64,000 bases of DNA, from the NCBI RefSeq assembly GCF_006345805.1, contig NC_043006.1, forward strand, positions 26,474,001-26,538,000, read 5' to 3'. Numbering within the stretch: the stretch's first letter is position 1; every line of letters begins with the position of its first letter. The notes under the pieces are model-generated. The model ran no database searches, was not told the DNA's origin, and saw only the letters and a list, made by a program, of their open reading frames with translations. Positions 37,880 through 47,937 of this stretch are shown here, in pieces. Both the position numbers and the translations under genes were made by a program. Origin of the DNA: Octopus sinensis (lineage: Eukaryota).

Positions 37880-39500
37880 AATTCAGAGGGGGAAGTGTCC
37901 TCCAGCTTGACAAAAGAAACTTGTCCATGTGGTTGCTTTTGCTAAAAATTTTGGACCTGGAATTAAGCAGTGTGAATCTAAAAAGAATATGTAATCTATC
38001 AGCTATGCATACCGTGCATCTGTTTGGTCCATTTATATATGACATAGATTTCTCCACTTGATTATATGTGGTGTGTAATTGGTCTTTGGATCCATGGCTG
38101 ACCAACTCAGTGATGTTATTTTTATGAATTTGATGGTTTGTATAACAGCTTTTAAAATTGCCTTCACTTTTCTTTTTGATTACATTGTCTTGGAGCATGC
38201 TGTAACTTTGGCATCATAAATGTAGTGTTGGCGGTCGGTGTTATGGGACGTGATGAGCTATGTGGTGTTAGTGGAGAGGATGACAGATGAGGTGGGCGGA
38301 AGTAGGGCTTGCAGGGGCTGGTGGAAAACTGAGGGGCACATGTGTGGCAGGAAGTGGATGTGGTCAAGGACGAAGCATGTGTGGTCAGCGAGGAAGCGCC
38401 GGCAGTTCCAGCATAGACGGCAAAGCGACAGGACATGTCGAATTCGTGAGAGACCGCTGATTTTGCCGAGGTAAGGCCTTTTGTATTTCTTTCTCCCATT
38501 GCTTCTTTTTCTGTTGTCCTCTTCATCCATCACACTACAATAAACAACTATGTTTATCAAACATGCCTGATCAAGCAGACAAACTTCAGGATCCTGAGAA
38601 TTACAACTGGGAGAGGACTCTTGATGTGACTTACAAGTGATACAGCTGTATAAAATTTTTTTCGGATGACTATTAAAAATCTTCCTGTTAACTGGGAAAT
38701 GCTTATTTAATAATGCCAGGAATTTCTTGCCTATGTTATTTTCAACATTTAAGAGAAAAAGAGAGTGAACCATATTAATTTCCTTAGTCTATTTTTAGGC
38801 TTCATATTTTTAACTATGGAGTTATATGATATCTTATCTTTGAAGCTGCTGTTAGCTTGGACATTGTTATAGTAGGGGGCTGCTTTGTCAAATACTGCAT
38901 TTGAAGAGGATAGATTAGATATCCTACTACTGATGTTGGCTATCAGGATTTTAAATACTATAGTGGGGTAACAGGACTGTTTACATATATATGTGAGCTT
39001 CTCATTCAGTTTATGATAGGATTTATAATAGCATGAGTTTAAGTCTAGGGAAAAATCTAAGAAATCAACTTTAGACAGATTTCGTAGATAAGTAATTTTG
39101 AGGCCTGACAAAAGATATGTATGAGTCTTTTCCCTAAATTTACCAAGTGTCTGTCCATCACAGTTGTGAGATATACCCAAACCATCATCATGGTATAAGC
39201 TAATATCATGGGTTGGAAACTTAGATCTCAAAGTATCTAATATATAGAGGCCTACAAGATCAGAGATATCTCATCTCTGTTATGTTATTTTATATCAACT
39301 AGATTACTTATGATTTCTACAGACAAAAGGAATGAAAATCATGTTATTTATTTTCTTCTCATTCCACTTTTTGCATTAAACTTCTTCATATTTTTCATCG
39401 CATTTTTTCTCATGTTTTCTCTAAGACCAGCATTCTTGTTTTTAGATACATCTGAGCTTGAAGGGTTGCTTGGAGATACATGGCATGTTATATAAATCTA
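37880..39500 (-). mobile_element. Penelope-like (Naiad-type) element fragment
   Basis: LYHDDGLG, FLDFSLDL, RKLIWF..NIGKKFLALLNKHFP, CNS..CLL..CL..VVY and RCTVCIADRLHIL. Confidence 0.88.
38221..38539. mobile_element. Solo LTR inserted in the PLE GIY-YIG domain
   Basis: TGTAGTGT...ACACTACA ends. 5-bp TSD ATAAA at 38216-38220 and 38540-38544. Confidence 0.88.
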
Positions 39501-39671
39501 TCAAATCATTGTATATCTACAGTATGAAACTATTAATACCTTTTTTTTAACTTGTGTATATCAAATGATATATCAAATATATTAAAACTGAGTATATTAA
39601 ATCACACACACACTCATATATATCATCAAACATCATTGATATCTAGTTTTCCATGCTTGCATGGGTTAGAC

Positions 39672-40400
39672 CAGTGTTTCCCGAATTCTTTGCACCAAAT
39701 TGCAATATTGCCCACCTAACAGCCAAAAAATGCTCCATTACCCACCTGTGTAAAAAAAACCCTGACATCCCCAACACTAAATCCGCGAGGAGAACCACCC
39801 TTGTATCATTTAACACACACTATATCACAGACTTGTTGCCCAGTTAGTGCTGTTTGGACTAAATATGCAGTTGTTTACAAATCCCTTATTGTGGGTTTAG
39901 TTTTGCCATTAGTGTGAATAAAATTCTAATCTTAACTCTATATTATGCTGACAGATTTAACTTTGGTAAACTTACGCTTTCTTTATAACTGATTTTTATT
40001 TTCACCACATGAACCATTGATCAGAATTACCAATGCAAAATAATTAATGATTGTATTAAAGGAAAAGAATACAACTTTTTAATGAGAACCATGTGTCTGG
40101 TGCAATGCAGCTTGTGCAGACACATGCAGTTTCAAACTTATCAACTTTTGCTGTGAGTCTCCTCATTATGTCATATCCAGTCCAATTCTTTTATGGGAAA
40201 GTAAAATTCCAACATGGTGAAACCAGATTCAACAAGGTATGCAGTAGGGAAGGCAAGCAAAAGTAAGTTCAGATGTTTCCACAGATTTGGATAGGAATTC
40301 AATATGCTTCGATGGTACCACAAACCTTTGCTGTTATGGTGATACCGCATTGTGGTGTCATTGTCATTTTGTAATTCTATCAGTTCCTCCTGAACATCCT
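39672..40400 (-). mobile_element. hAT-Charlie/Buster 3' fragment
   Basis: TIR cagtgtttccc at 39672; LLLAFPTAYLVESGF dimerisation-domain motif. Confidence 0.75.
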
Positions 40401-40404
40401 CCTT

Positions 40405-40550
40405 GCAATCGACTGGCCCCATGCTAGTGGTAAATAAAAAGCACTCACTACACCCTCAGGGTGCTTGGCATTAGGAAGGGCATCCAACTGTAGAAACCTT
40501 GCCAGAACAGATTGGAGCCTGGCACAGCTTCCTAGCTTGCCAGTCCTCTG
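40405..40550 (+). mobile_element. RTE 3' tail fragment
   Basis: cactacaccctcagggtgcttggcattaggaagggcatcc matches 51875-51920. Confidence 0.75.
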
Positions 40551-42179
40551 TCTTTCAGTAAATATTTTGTACCTTGGTGTGGAATAATTTTCCCTCGTTT
40601 TTTTTTTTTTTTCAAGTGCATTCAGCATATCTGACCTCCAAACTCACTGCAAGCCACTTTTGTCTGGAAAAGAAAGATGGGAGGGGTGGTGGGAACCTCG
40701 AAGTTTCCCATCGAGTGAGTTTTGTTTCATGGGTCTTTCTTTTTTCAAGTTATTTTGTATGCTTTCAATGAATGTGACATCGGAATCATGCGTAAATGGC
40801 TCCTCTTCCAGAAAAGGAAAGATTTGGCTGCTATTTCTAGCGTACCGTACTACCATGTTACAGCTATTTGTATTCACACCGAAATATTTGCCAACTTTTT
40901 TCTTTCCATTTATTTTTTCCACTTTATGGAAGTCAATATTTTCTCTGTTGACATCTGCCTCAGTTAATTTTGCTTTTCTCCCAATTCTGTGCTTTCTGGA
41001 AGAAAAGCCCTCACATTATCTCAAAGCTACAAGAATTCACTAACAAGATTTGTTTATTTTTTCAAAAGATTTCAGAAAGGAATTAGATACAACGGGTTTT
41101 GGTCGGTTTAAAGGGTTAAAAAGTGCCAAAACTATAAAATCATCTTTGAGGGCTTTAGAACCCCAAAACTATAGTTTCTTTTTTTATTGTTTTTTGCTTT
41201 AGAGTTAAAAAATGCTGATTTTATAGCTTTAAATTTTAAAGGGCCTAAAAAAGCCTGATTTCATAGTTTTTGCCCTTTTTTTAGATTTTTGAAGGCTTTT
41301 AGAGCCATAGAAAGGTAAAAAAAAGAACTGAAATGAAACACAATATTAGTATTAAATGATAAAAAGTTTATTGATAAAGTGGCTGTAAAAAAATAATAAT
41401 TAAAAAATGAAAATCACAATATATACGTAATTCTCTTCATGACACAGCAAGGTCACAGATGAAGTGGAAACACATCAATCACTGTTCCCTCTTGACAAGA
41501 GAAAGAAATTTCCCCGCTGTCTTTGCAAGCAACAAACAGATGGATTTGGTTTCAGATCAAGGCAGGACCAAATGAGGTCCTACAAGTTATTTATAATAAT
41601 AAGTGGCATTATATCAGGGTTGAAAAAATGACACGTACAGTATTAAATATTCTAAGACAATCTGCAAACAATAGAATCTTTTAAACGTTTACTGGTTTTT
41701 ATGAAATTTTTGGGTTAACGGACTTGAGTTAACAGAAGCTAAATGTAACGGAAGTTAATTAGTCTGATAAAAGTTAAATCATTAACAAAGTTAAATCATT
41801 AACAAAAATGTCAACTTCATTAATTAATGATCAACAGATTAACGGACTTATGCCCAATATATATATAAGCAAAATAACTAGATGTAAAATTTCAAGAAGA
41901 GCTCAGAATAGTTACTATACTAACAAATAAAGTTAATCACAACATCAAAGTGGCTGTTCCATGTTACTACTAGTTTAACCCCAGGCAGGTCTTCTGCCAG
42001 CTGATAAAATCTCAAGAAGAGATCAGAGTAGTAACTACACTAACAAGTAAAGTTAATCACTTCTTGAGATTTTACAACTAGCTGTTTTGCTTGTTGCAAA
42101 TCAGTAACCGATGGTCGCTTTGTTTACAATATATTGCTGGCTGGAACAGATCCTGGCTATTGCTCTGGCGACCAGGTAC

Positions 42180-42228
42180 TCATGACTGAAGATGAGCCAA
42201 CCATCCTGAAAATGAGTCAGTCTTGCAA
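42180..42228 (+). ncRNA. Hammerhead ribozyme relic, copy 1
   Basis: tcatga-CTGAAGA-t-gagcc[aacc]atcct-GAAA-atgagtcaGTC-ttgcaa. Confidence 0.6.
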
Positions 42229-42524
42229 TCCTATAGTCTGCTAGAGGATGGGAGGAGTTTGCTCCCCCTGCTAGCAATATATTAAGTGCAACACCACACT
42301 GATAACTAGCTGGCAGAGGATCTGCCCAGGGTTAAACTAGTAACAACATGGAACAGCCACTCTGATTTGGCAATTAACTTTACTTGTTAGTATAGTTACT
42401 ACTCTGATCTCTTCTTGAAATTTTACAACTTGCTATTTTGCTTATTGCAAATCAGTGACCAATGGTCGTTTTGCTTACAACATATTGCTGTCTACAGCAG
42501 ACCCTGGCTATCACTCTGGTGACC

Positions 42525-43283
42525 TTTGAGAGTCCAGTTGGTGGTATCATCTTTATCATAGATCCAGCTGACAGCTGCACTCGTCCCAGATGCGACAACA
42601 CGTGTTCAACATAACTTATCAAGCTTGACAGCTCCCAACATTGTACAAAAGCATGTTGAATGGTTTCATTGTCCAACCCACATCTTGGACACGTTGGTGG
42701 CACTGACATTCTGTGCCTGGATAAATTATTGCGAACAGGTAATGCATTCCTATAGCACTGCCAGGTCAGGGATTTTTGGTAATTGTCCAAATACCCAGGC
42801 TTGAAAGTCTTCTTAAACAGGTTGGAGAGTTGATTCTCGTCAAACCACAGAGCCCCTCCTAGGACGTCGTCATTTTTTGCCTCTACCAGCCCTTTATAGA
42901 ACACTGAGGTGGTATTCCTGCTGCCGGCCTTGCCCACCTTGTGGATCAGCCAGAGTGCCTGTTAGCACTCCTTCTGCCATAAAGTCAGATTACGTCTTTT
43001 AATGAAACTGGGTTTAAATCTCTCCATAGAGGCCGGTCGTGGGAAGAATTCCTCTGCCTGCGGACTCCACACCTTATCACCCTCCAGACTAAAGTTCTCG
43101 TTATAAAGGCAAAAGTAAGCCAATGATCCGTTTAAAGGCAAAAGTAAGCCAAGTTTTCGTTTATGTCATATTACAACTAAATTTTTAAGTCTCATTCAAA
43201 CTCTCATAACATTCTTTGTATTTGTTTGTCTTGTTATGTCCAAATCTATGTAAGATCGTATGATTATAATAAAGATTTTATCT
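42525..43283 (-). mobile_element. Tx1/L1-clade ORF2 C-terminal fragment inserted in the tandem unit
   Basis: LTWQCYRNALPV...CPRCG..ETIQHAFVQC (zf-RVT/CCHC). Flanked by ctctggtgacc / ctctggtgaac. Confidence 0.75.
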
Positions 43284-43300
43284 CTCTGGTGAACAGGTAC

Positions 43301-43349
43301 TCGCGACTGCAGTAGAGCTAACCAGCTCAAAACTGAGTCAGTCTCATGA
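43301..43349 (+). ncRNA. Hammerhead ribozyme relic, copy 2
   Basis: tcgcga-CTGcAGt-a-gagct[aacc]agctc-aAAA-ctgagtcaGTC-tcatga. Helix II is perfect; helix III is near-palindromic (actga g tcagt). Confidence 0.6.
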
Positions 43350-43519
43350 TCCTGTTGTCTGCTAGAAGATGGTAGGGGTTTGCTTCCCCTGCTAGCAATA
43401 TATATTGTATATACAGGGTGCAGTGCCACACTGATAATCAGCAGGTGGAAGATCTACCAGGGGTTAAACAAGTAATAACATGGAACAGTCACTCTGATGT
43501 GGCAATTAACTTTACTTAT

Positions 43520-43680
43520 TATACACACACACGATAGGCTTCTCTGAGTTTATGCCTACCAAATCCACTCACAATGCTTTGATCAGCCCTGAGCTGTAGC
43601 AGAAGATACTGATCTAAGGTACCATGCTGTGGGACTGAACCCAAAACCATGTGGTTGGGAATGAAACTTCTTATTACACA
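43520..43680 (-). mobile_element. 5' half of a tRNA-derived SINE
   Basis: Reverse complement of the head of the 5912 SINE (gggactgaaccc B box). Confidence 0.75.
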
Positions 43681-44004
43681 CCTTATGTACCTTGACCTAT
43701 ACAAATGCATCGTGTTCACAACATTTGGACATATATTGAATGAACCAAATGTTGGTACATTTTATCTGTACAGTGTTCCAAATAATTGTTTCCCAAAACA
43801 TCAAAATGAAGGAAACTCAGCAAGAAAAGCACTTAGGGCTAGCATGGGGAAAGGAATAGAAAGCAAAGAGAAGAACAAAATTCAAAAGAAGCAGCAGCAG
43901 CTGCAAGAACTGCAAATATTCAATACAGGATATGGTCTTTGTGGCAAGAAATTAATAAAAATGTAAGACCAGGTAAAGAACCAAGTATTCAGAAAATATA
44001 TCAA

Positions 44005-44500
44005 AATAATATAATAACAATGAAATTATTGTATACAGTGCTCAGGTGCACCACAACTTGTCAAAAGTGCATATAAAGCATATGCAGTAATATACTAATG
44101 TCTGGGAAGTGAACAGTGTACGAGTCAGATACATGCTTGCATGTGTATGGAGGGGAGAAAATCAGGTGTAGTGTTGGCGAATCTCAGGAAGCATGGAAGT
44201 TTTGAAGGATGCAGTGCTCCGACAACTAACAACTGATGCTGGCAGTTTGTTCCATGCTTCAGCAACTCTTAGCGTGAAAAAATGTTTCCTAAAGTCATGG
44301 GAGCTGTGCTGTTTTCTGACTTTGTAAATATGTCCATGGGTGTTAAACGGGTGGAGTTTGATAAGGTGCTCAGAGTTATTGTTTGTAAGATGGTTAATAA
44401 TATTTATTTTATGGGTGTCTGCCAAGTCAGCTGCCAGACATCAGAGTTTCAATGTGTCCATGCCCGCATCTATGAGTGCACAGATTACTGACCCAACTAG
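44005..44500 (-). mobile_element. CR1/L2-type LINE 3' end
   Basis: THGHIYKV...RKHFFTLRVAEAWNKLP, with an (ATT)n-like tail at about 44005-44020. Confidence 0.85.
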
Positions 44501-45321
44501 TCATGGCCCCTATTGTTTCACAGGGCATGATCAAATTAATCCTCTAGCACCCAAATGATAATGAGCACCAAAAGTTTGCATAACCCTATGCAAGTTGGGC
44601 ACAGAAATCAATAATAGATAGTTGTTTGAATTAAATTTTTCCAAATTTTGACGATTTCATAGGATAAAATAATGTATAAGAAAAGCATATGAAACATTAC
44701 AGGAAGTGAATTAGGAGGAAGAAGAGAAAGCTATGGAAAAAATAAGCATTTACCTATCATGGATATTTAGGAGAGATATGAATTCAGAAAGGTCATACAA
44801 CTTATCAACAATTGAAGAGATAACCATCATATTTATGAATAAATATGGGTTTTTAAAGGCGGTACTCCAGCATGGCCGCAGTCAAATGACTGAAACAAGT
44901 AAGAGAATAAGAGAATAAATATGGAGTACCATCACTTGAAAGATTTTTGTTTCCCCATGATGATAATAGTTTTGATATTAATTCAAACATATTTAGACCA
45001 AACTTAGGCCCAATGACATATACCTTATTATGCCTGTTTGGAGAATCTGGGTGGCAGCCAAATATACAGAAAACAAAGGAAATGAATATTTCAAAATTGC
45101 TATGTAAAATATAATGCAGCATAGACAGCAGTCAGATATTTCAATTCAATTTTGCATGATGAAAAGCTTTCCAAGCAGTTGGCCGTGGATTCTTACTTAA
45201 AGTTGTAGCAAATAATTTGAACCATATACATCCACAACTATCTGAGCTTAAAGCCATTTAGTCAATCTAGCCAACAATACTGCTGTACAAGTATTTTGAA
45301 TGGTAATACTACCTTTGTGGT

Positions 45322-45358
<37 letters not shown>

Positions 45359-45719
45359 CAACACTGCTAATACCACTAACATTGCCACTACCACCAATGC
45401 TTCTGAAATGAACCTATGGGGAGGACACTACCCCAGCAACCCACCCAGGAATAGTGGCAGAGAAGAGGGATGGATATATTAGAATTGGAACTTAAAAGAA
45501 TTTTTCAAGACTATTTTCAAACAAGACTGTAGACTTTGATAAAGGCTTTCTTTTATTAAAAGCTTCATACTCAAAATTAATTATACAAGCAACTTTCTTT
45601 ATCATAATATTGATATGAGAAGTAATACTATAGTATTCATGCATGCATGCATGCATCCATCCATCATCCATCCATCCATCCATCCATCCATACATACATA
45701 CATATGTAAGGGGGCAGAG

Positions 45720-46760
45720 GCTTAACATGGATTCAAAATGCCTTTGAATATTATATTATATCCCTTTGGCAACATCTTTTAACCACCAAGTGTCAAAGTG
45801 CATCCCTTGACCAACTTTGCATACATGAGGTTGATAACATCATAAGACTTGGAAGGCAGTTCCTTGGGCTGCATTCCTTGTCTGGTAACCTTAAATACAT
45901 GCCCAAAGAAGTCACATGACTCTACCGCAACGTATCATCAGATGAAAGGATGAGCATATATGAGCAGAAGACCATGCATGGGTATGTTAGTAGAAAGCTC
46001 AGAGATGATAGTAACATTGATCACCAAAGCAGTCTATCATGGACCAACAACCAGATTACTACCTCCCACTTTGAACGGTATGTATTTGCAATCCAGGAAC
46101 AGGAATATCAACCAAATGATGCACAAAAGGGATAGAGATGCAAAGAAAGCAGTAAAATATTATAACTGATGTAGACTTTGTGGAATTAACACTGAAGATA
46201 TCACCCACATCATGAGCAGTTGTCCAAAAATATCATCAGGGTATTATCTACCAATGAGACATGATGTTGTAGCTAGGACACTGAATAAGGAGATCTATCA
46301 AAAGGATAACCCCAAAGACAAAGAAATAAGAACCCACAGTATGGTGAAAGCCATAGCCACTCATAATAAAAGGGAGTACTGATGGAATATCCCAATGAAA
46401 ACCTCAATAAAATGTAAACACAATACACCTGATATAATGATTTGGGATAAAGAAGAGAAACGGTGTACAGTTGTGGAAATCAGCTGCCCATGTTAACATG
46501 CATGTTAACATAATGCTGAAGATCAGTGAAAAAGAGAATACCTACGCTGAACTATTGAGAAATCTGCAGTTACTCTATCCAGATAACAAGTTCAGGTTTA
46601 TACCAGTAATTATTGGGGCACTGGGATATATAACACACTCCCTAAATACCAATCTTGAGAAATTAGACTTCTCAAAACCAGAAAGGAGAAAGTTGATTTG
46701 AAGACTACTGATCCAATCCATTATTAGAACTGTAAAAATCTATAAAACTTTCCAGGATTT
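45720..46760 (+). mobile_element. R4/Dong-type (restriction-like endonuclease) non-LTR retrotransposon, 3' part
   Basis: MHGY, CRLCG..EDITHIMSSCP zinc knuckle, RHDVVA, PDIMIWDK..CTVVEISCP and FIPVIIGALG. Confidence 0.85.
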
Positions 46761-47045
46761 TATCATTTAAGTATATATGAGCATGTCTGGATATGCAAGT
46801 ATATGCACGAGAAAACATACATAAAACAAAACATGCAAATCTGCATGTATACATACAAAAATACCCTGTTGTTGATATTGAAAGTCCAATGAAGGAAACT
46901 TGGATCTAGGTTAGAAACCGGCTCTTTCTCTATTGGCAAGAAATCTTGAAATAAAACTAAATAATCACACACACAACACACACACACGCACATGCACACA
47001 CACACACACACACACAACACACACACACATACACACTTTCATATG

Positions 47046-47892
47046 TACATAGTGTCCAGGCTAAATTTGACTAATGTTTTATCTTCTTTTTTCAGGAAAT
47101 TGATGTATTGGTGAATAGCCAATGGTGTTGGAGAGTATAAATATTAAAGTTGTAGTTGGGAAAAAAGTTAGCTGACATGGAGGGCTGGAAACCATCCAAA
47201 TGTTGGAAAAGAGTTAACTGTATCATGATGATTCGCATTGTGTATCAAAATGCTGATATCATGACTGCTGCTCAGTGCTTTGTGAACACTGTAAAGGTTA
47301 CAATGGAGGCTATGAAGCCAGGGCTAGCAGAAAAGGACACAGCATGCATTCTGATTGCATCCACACAACAACAGGGCCTTAAGCTCACTTCAGACAGCTG
47401 TGTGAAGCTGCTGGAAACTGTGGACAAACCTTGCTTGGAGAGGGTTACAGCTCAAAGGCCATATGTATGGCAACAGGATTCTGCTCCTTGCTATACCTCC
47501 AGAAAGAGTTAGAAATAGTTTTTAGAGAATTTCCATGACTTTTCCAACAATCAATTTCTGGCCTCCTAATTCCTTTGATTGTAACCTCTGGATCACCATG
47601 TTTGAAGTACAGTTGAGAAAGACACCAATAGTTTTGCCTGCAACAGCAAGGCTGAGCTGATGGCCAAGATTAATGAAGTGTTTGAGGATCTTCCCAGGGA
47701 CACAGTGAAGAATGCATGTAGCAAGTTCTGAATTGGAAGGTGAGGGAGCTACTTTGAGTAAACTGTTATCTCCCAACCATAATCTAGTTGATATTTTTTA
47801 ATATTTTTAAATACTTTTATTTTTGGATGGGATATTGTGTTTTCTTTTCCGTTATACAAACTGTCAAGTCTACCCAAAACACCCTCTCTGTT
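47046..47892 (+). mobile_element. Degraded Tc1/mariner-superfamily element
   Basis: VWQQDSAPCYTS and WPPNSFDCNL (~WPPNSPDLNP). Loosely matching inverted ends. Confidence 0.65.
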
Positions 47893-47937
47893 TGTGTGTG
47901 TATATATATATATATGTACATATATATATATATATAT

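Larger units (their letters stand above)
41873..43520 (+). repeat. 351-bp tandem unit carrying a hammerhead motif, with inverted partial copies (retrozyme-like or PLE pLTR)
   Basis: ttcttga.attttacaac at 42061 and 42412 gives a period of 351 bp. 42173-42390 recurs at 43295-43520. 41873-42060 is inverted relative to 42300-42430. Confidence 0.75.

Noticed and set aside
40644-41860. Possible additional DNA transposon (ORFs at 40644-41043, subterminal aaaactataaaatc repeats, ttaacggacttatgccca end)
   Set aside because: No convincing catalytic motif, paired TIR or TSD; left unannotated.
47837-47937. N-terminal 34 aa of the 832-aa ORF
   Set aside because: GTG start running through a Tc1 end and (TA)n; not part of the LINE.
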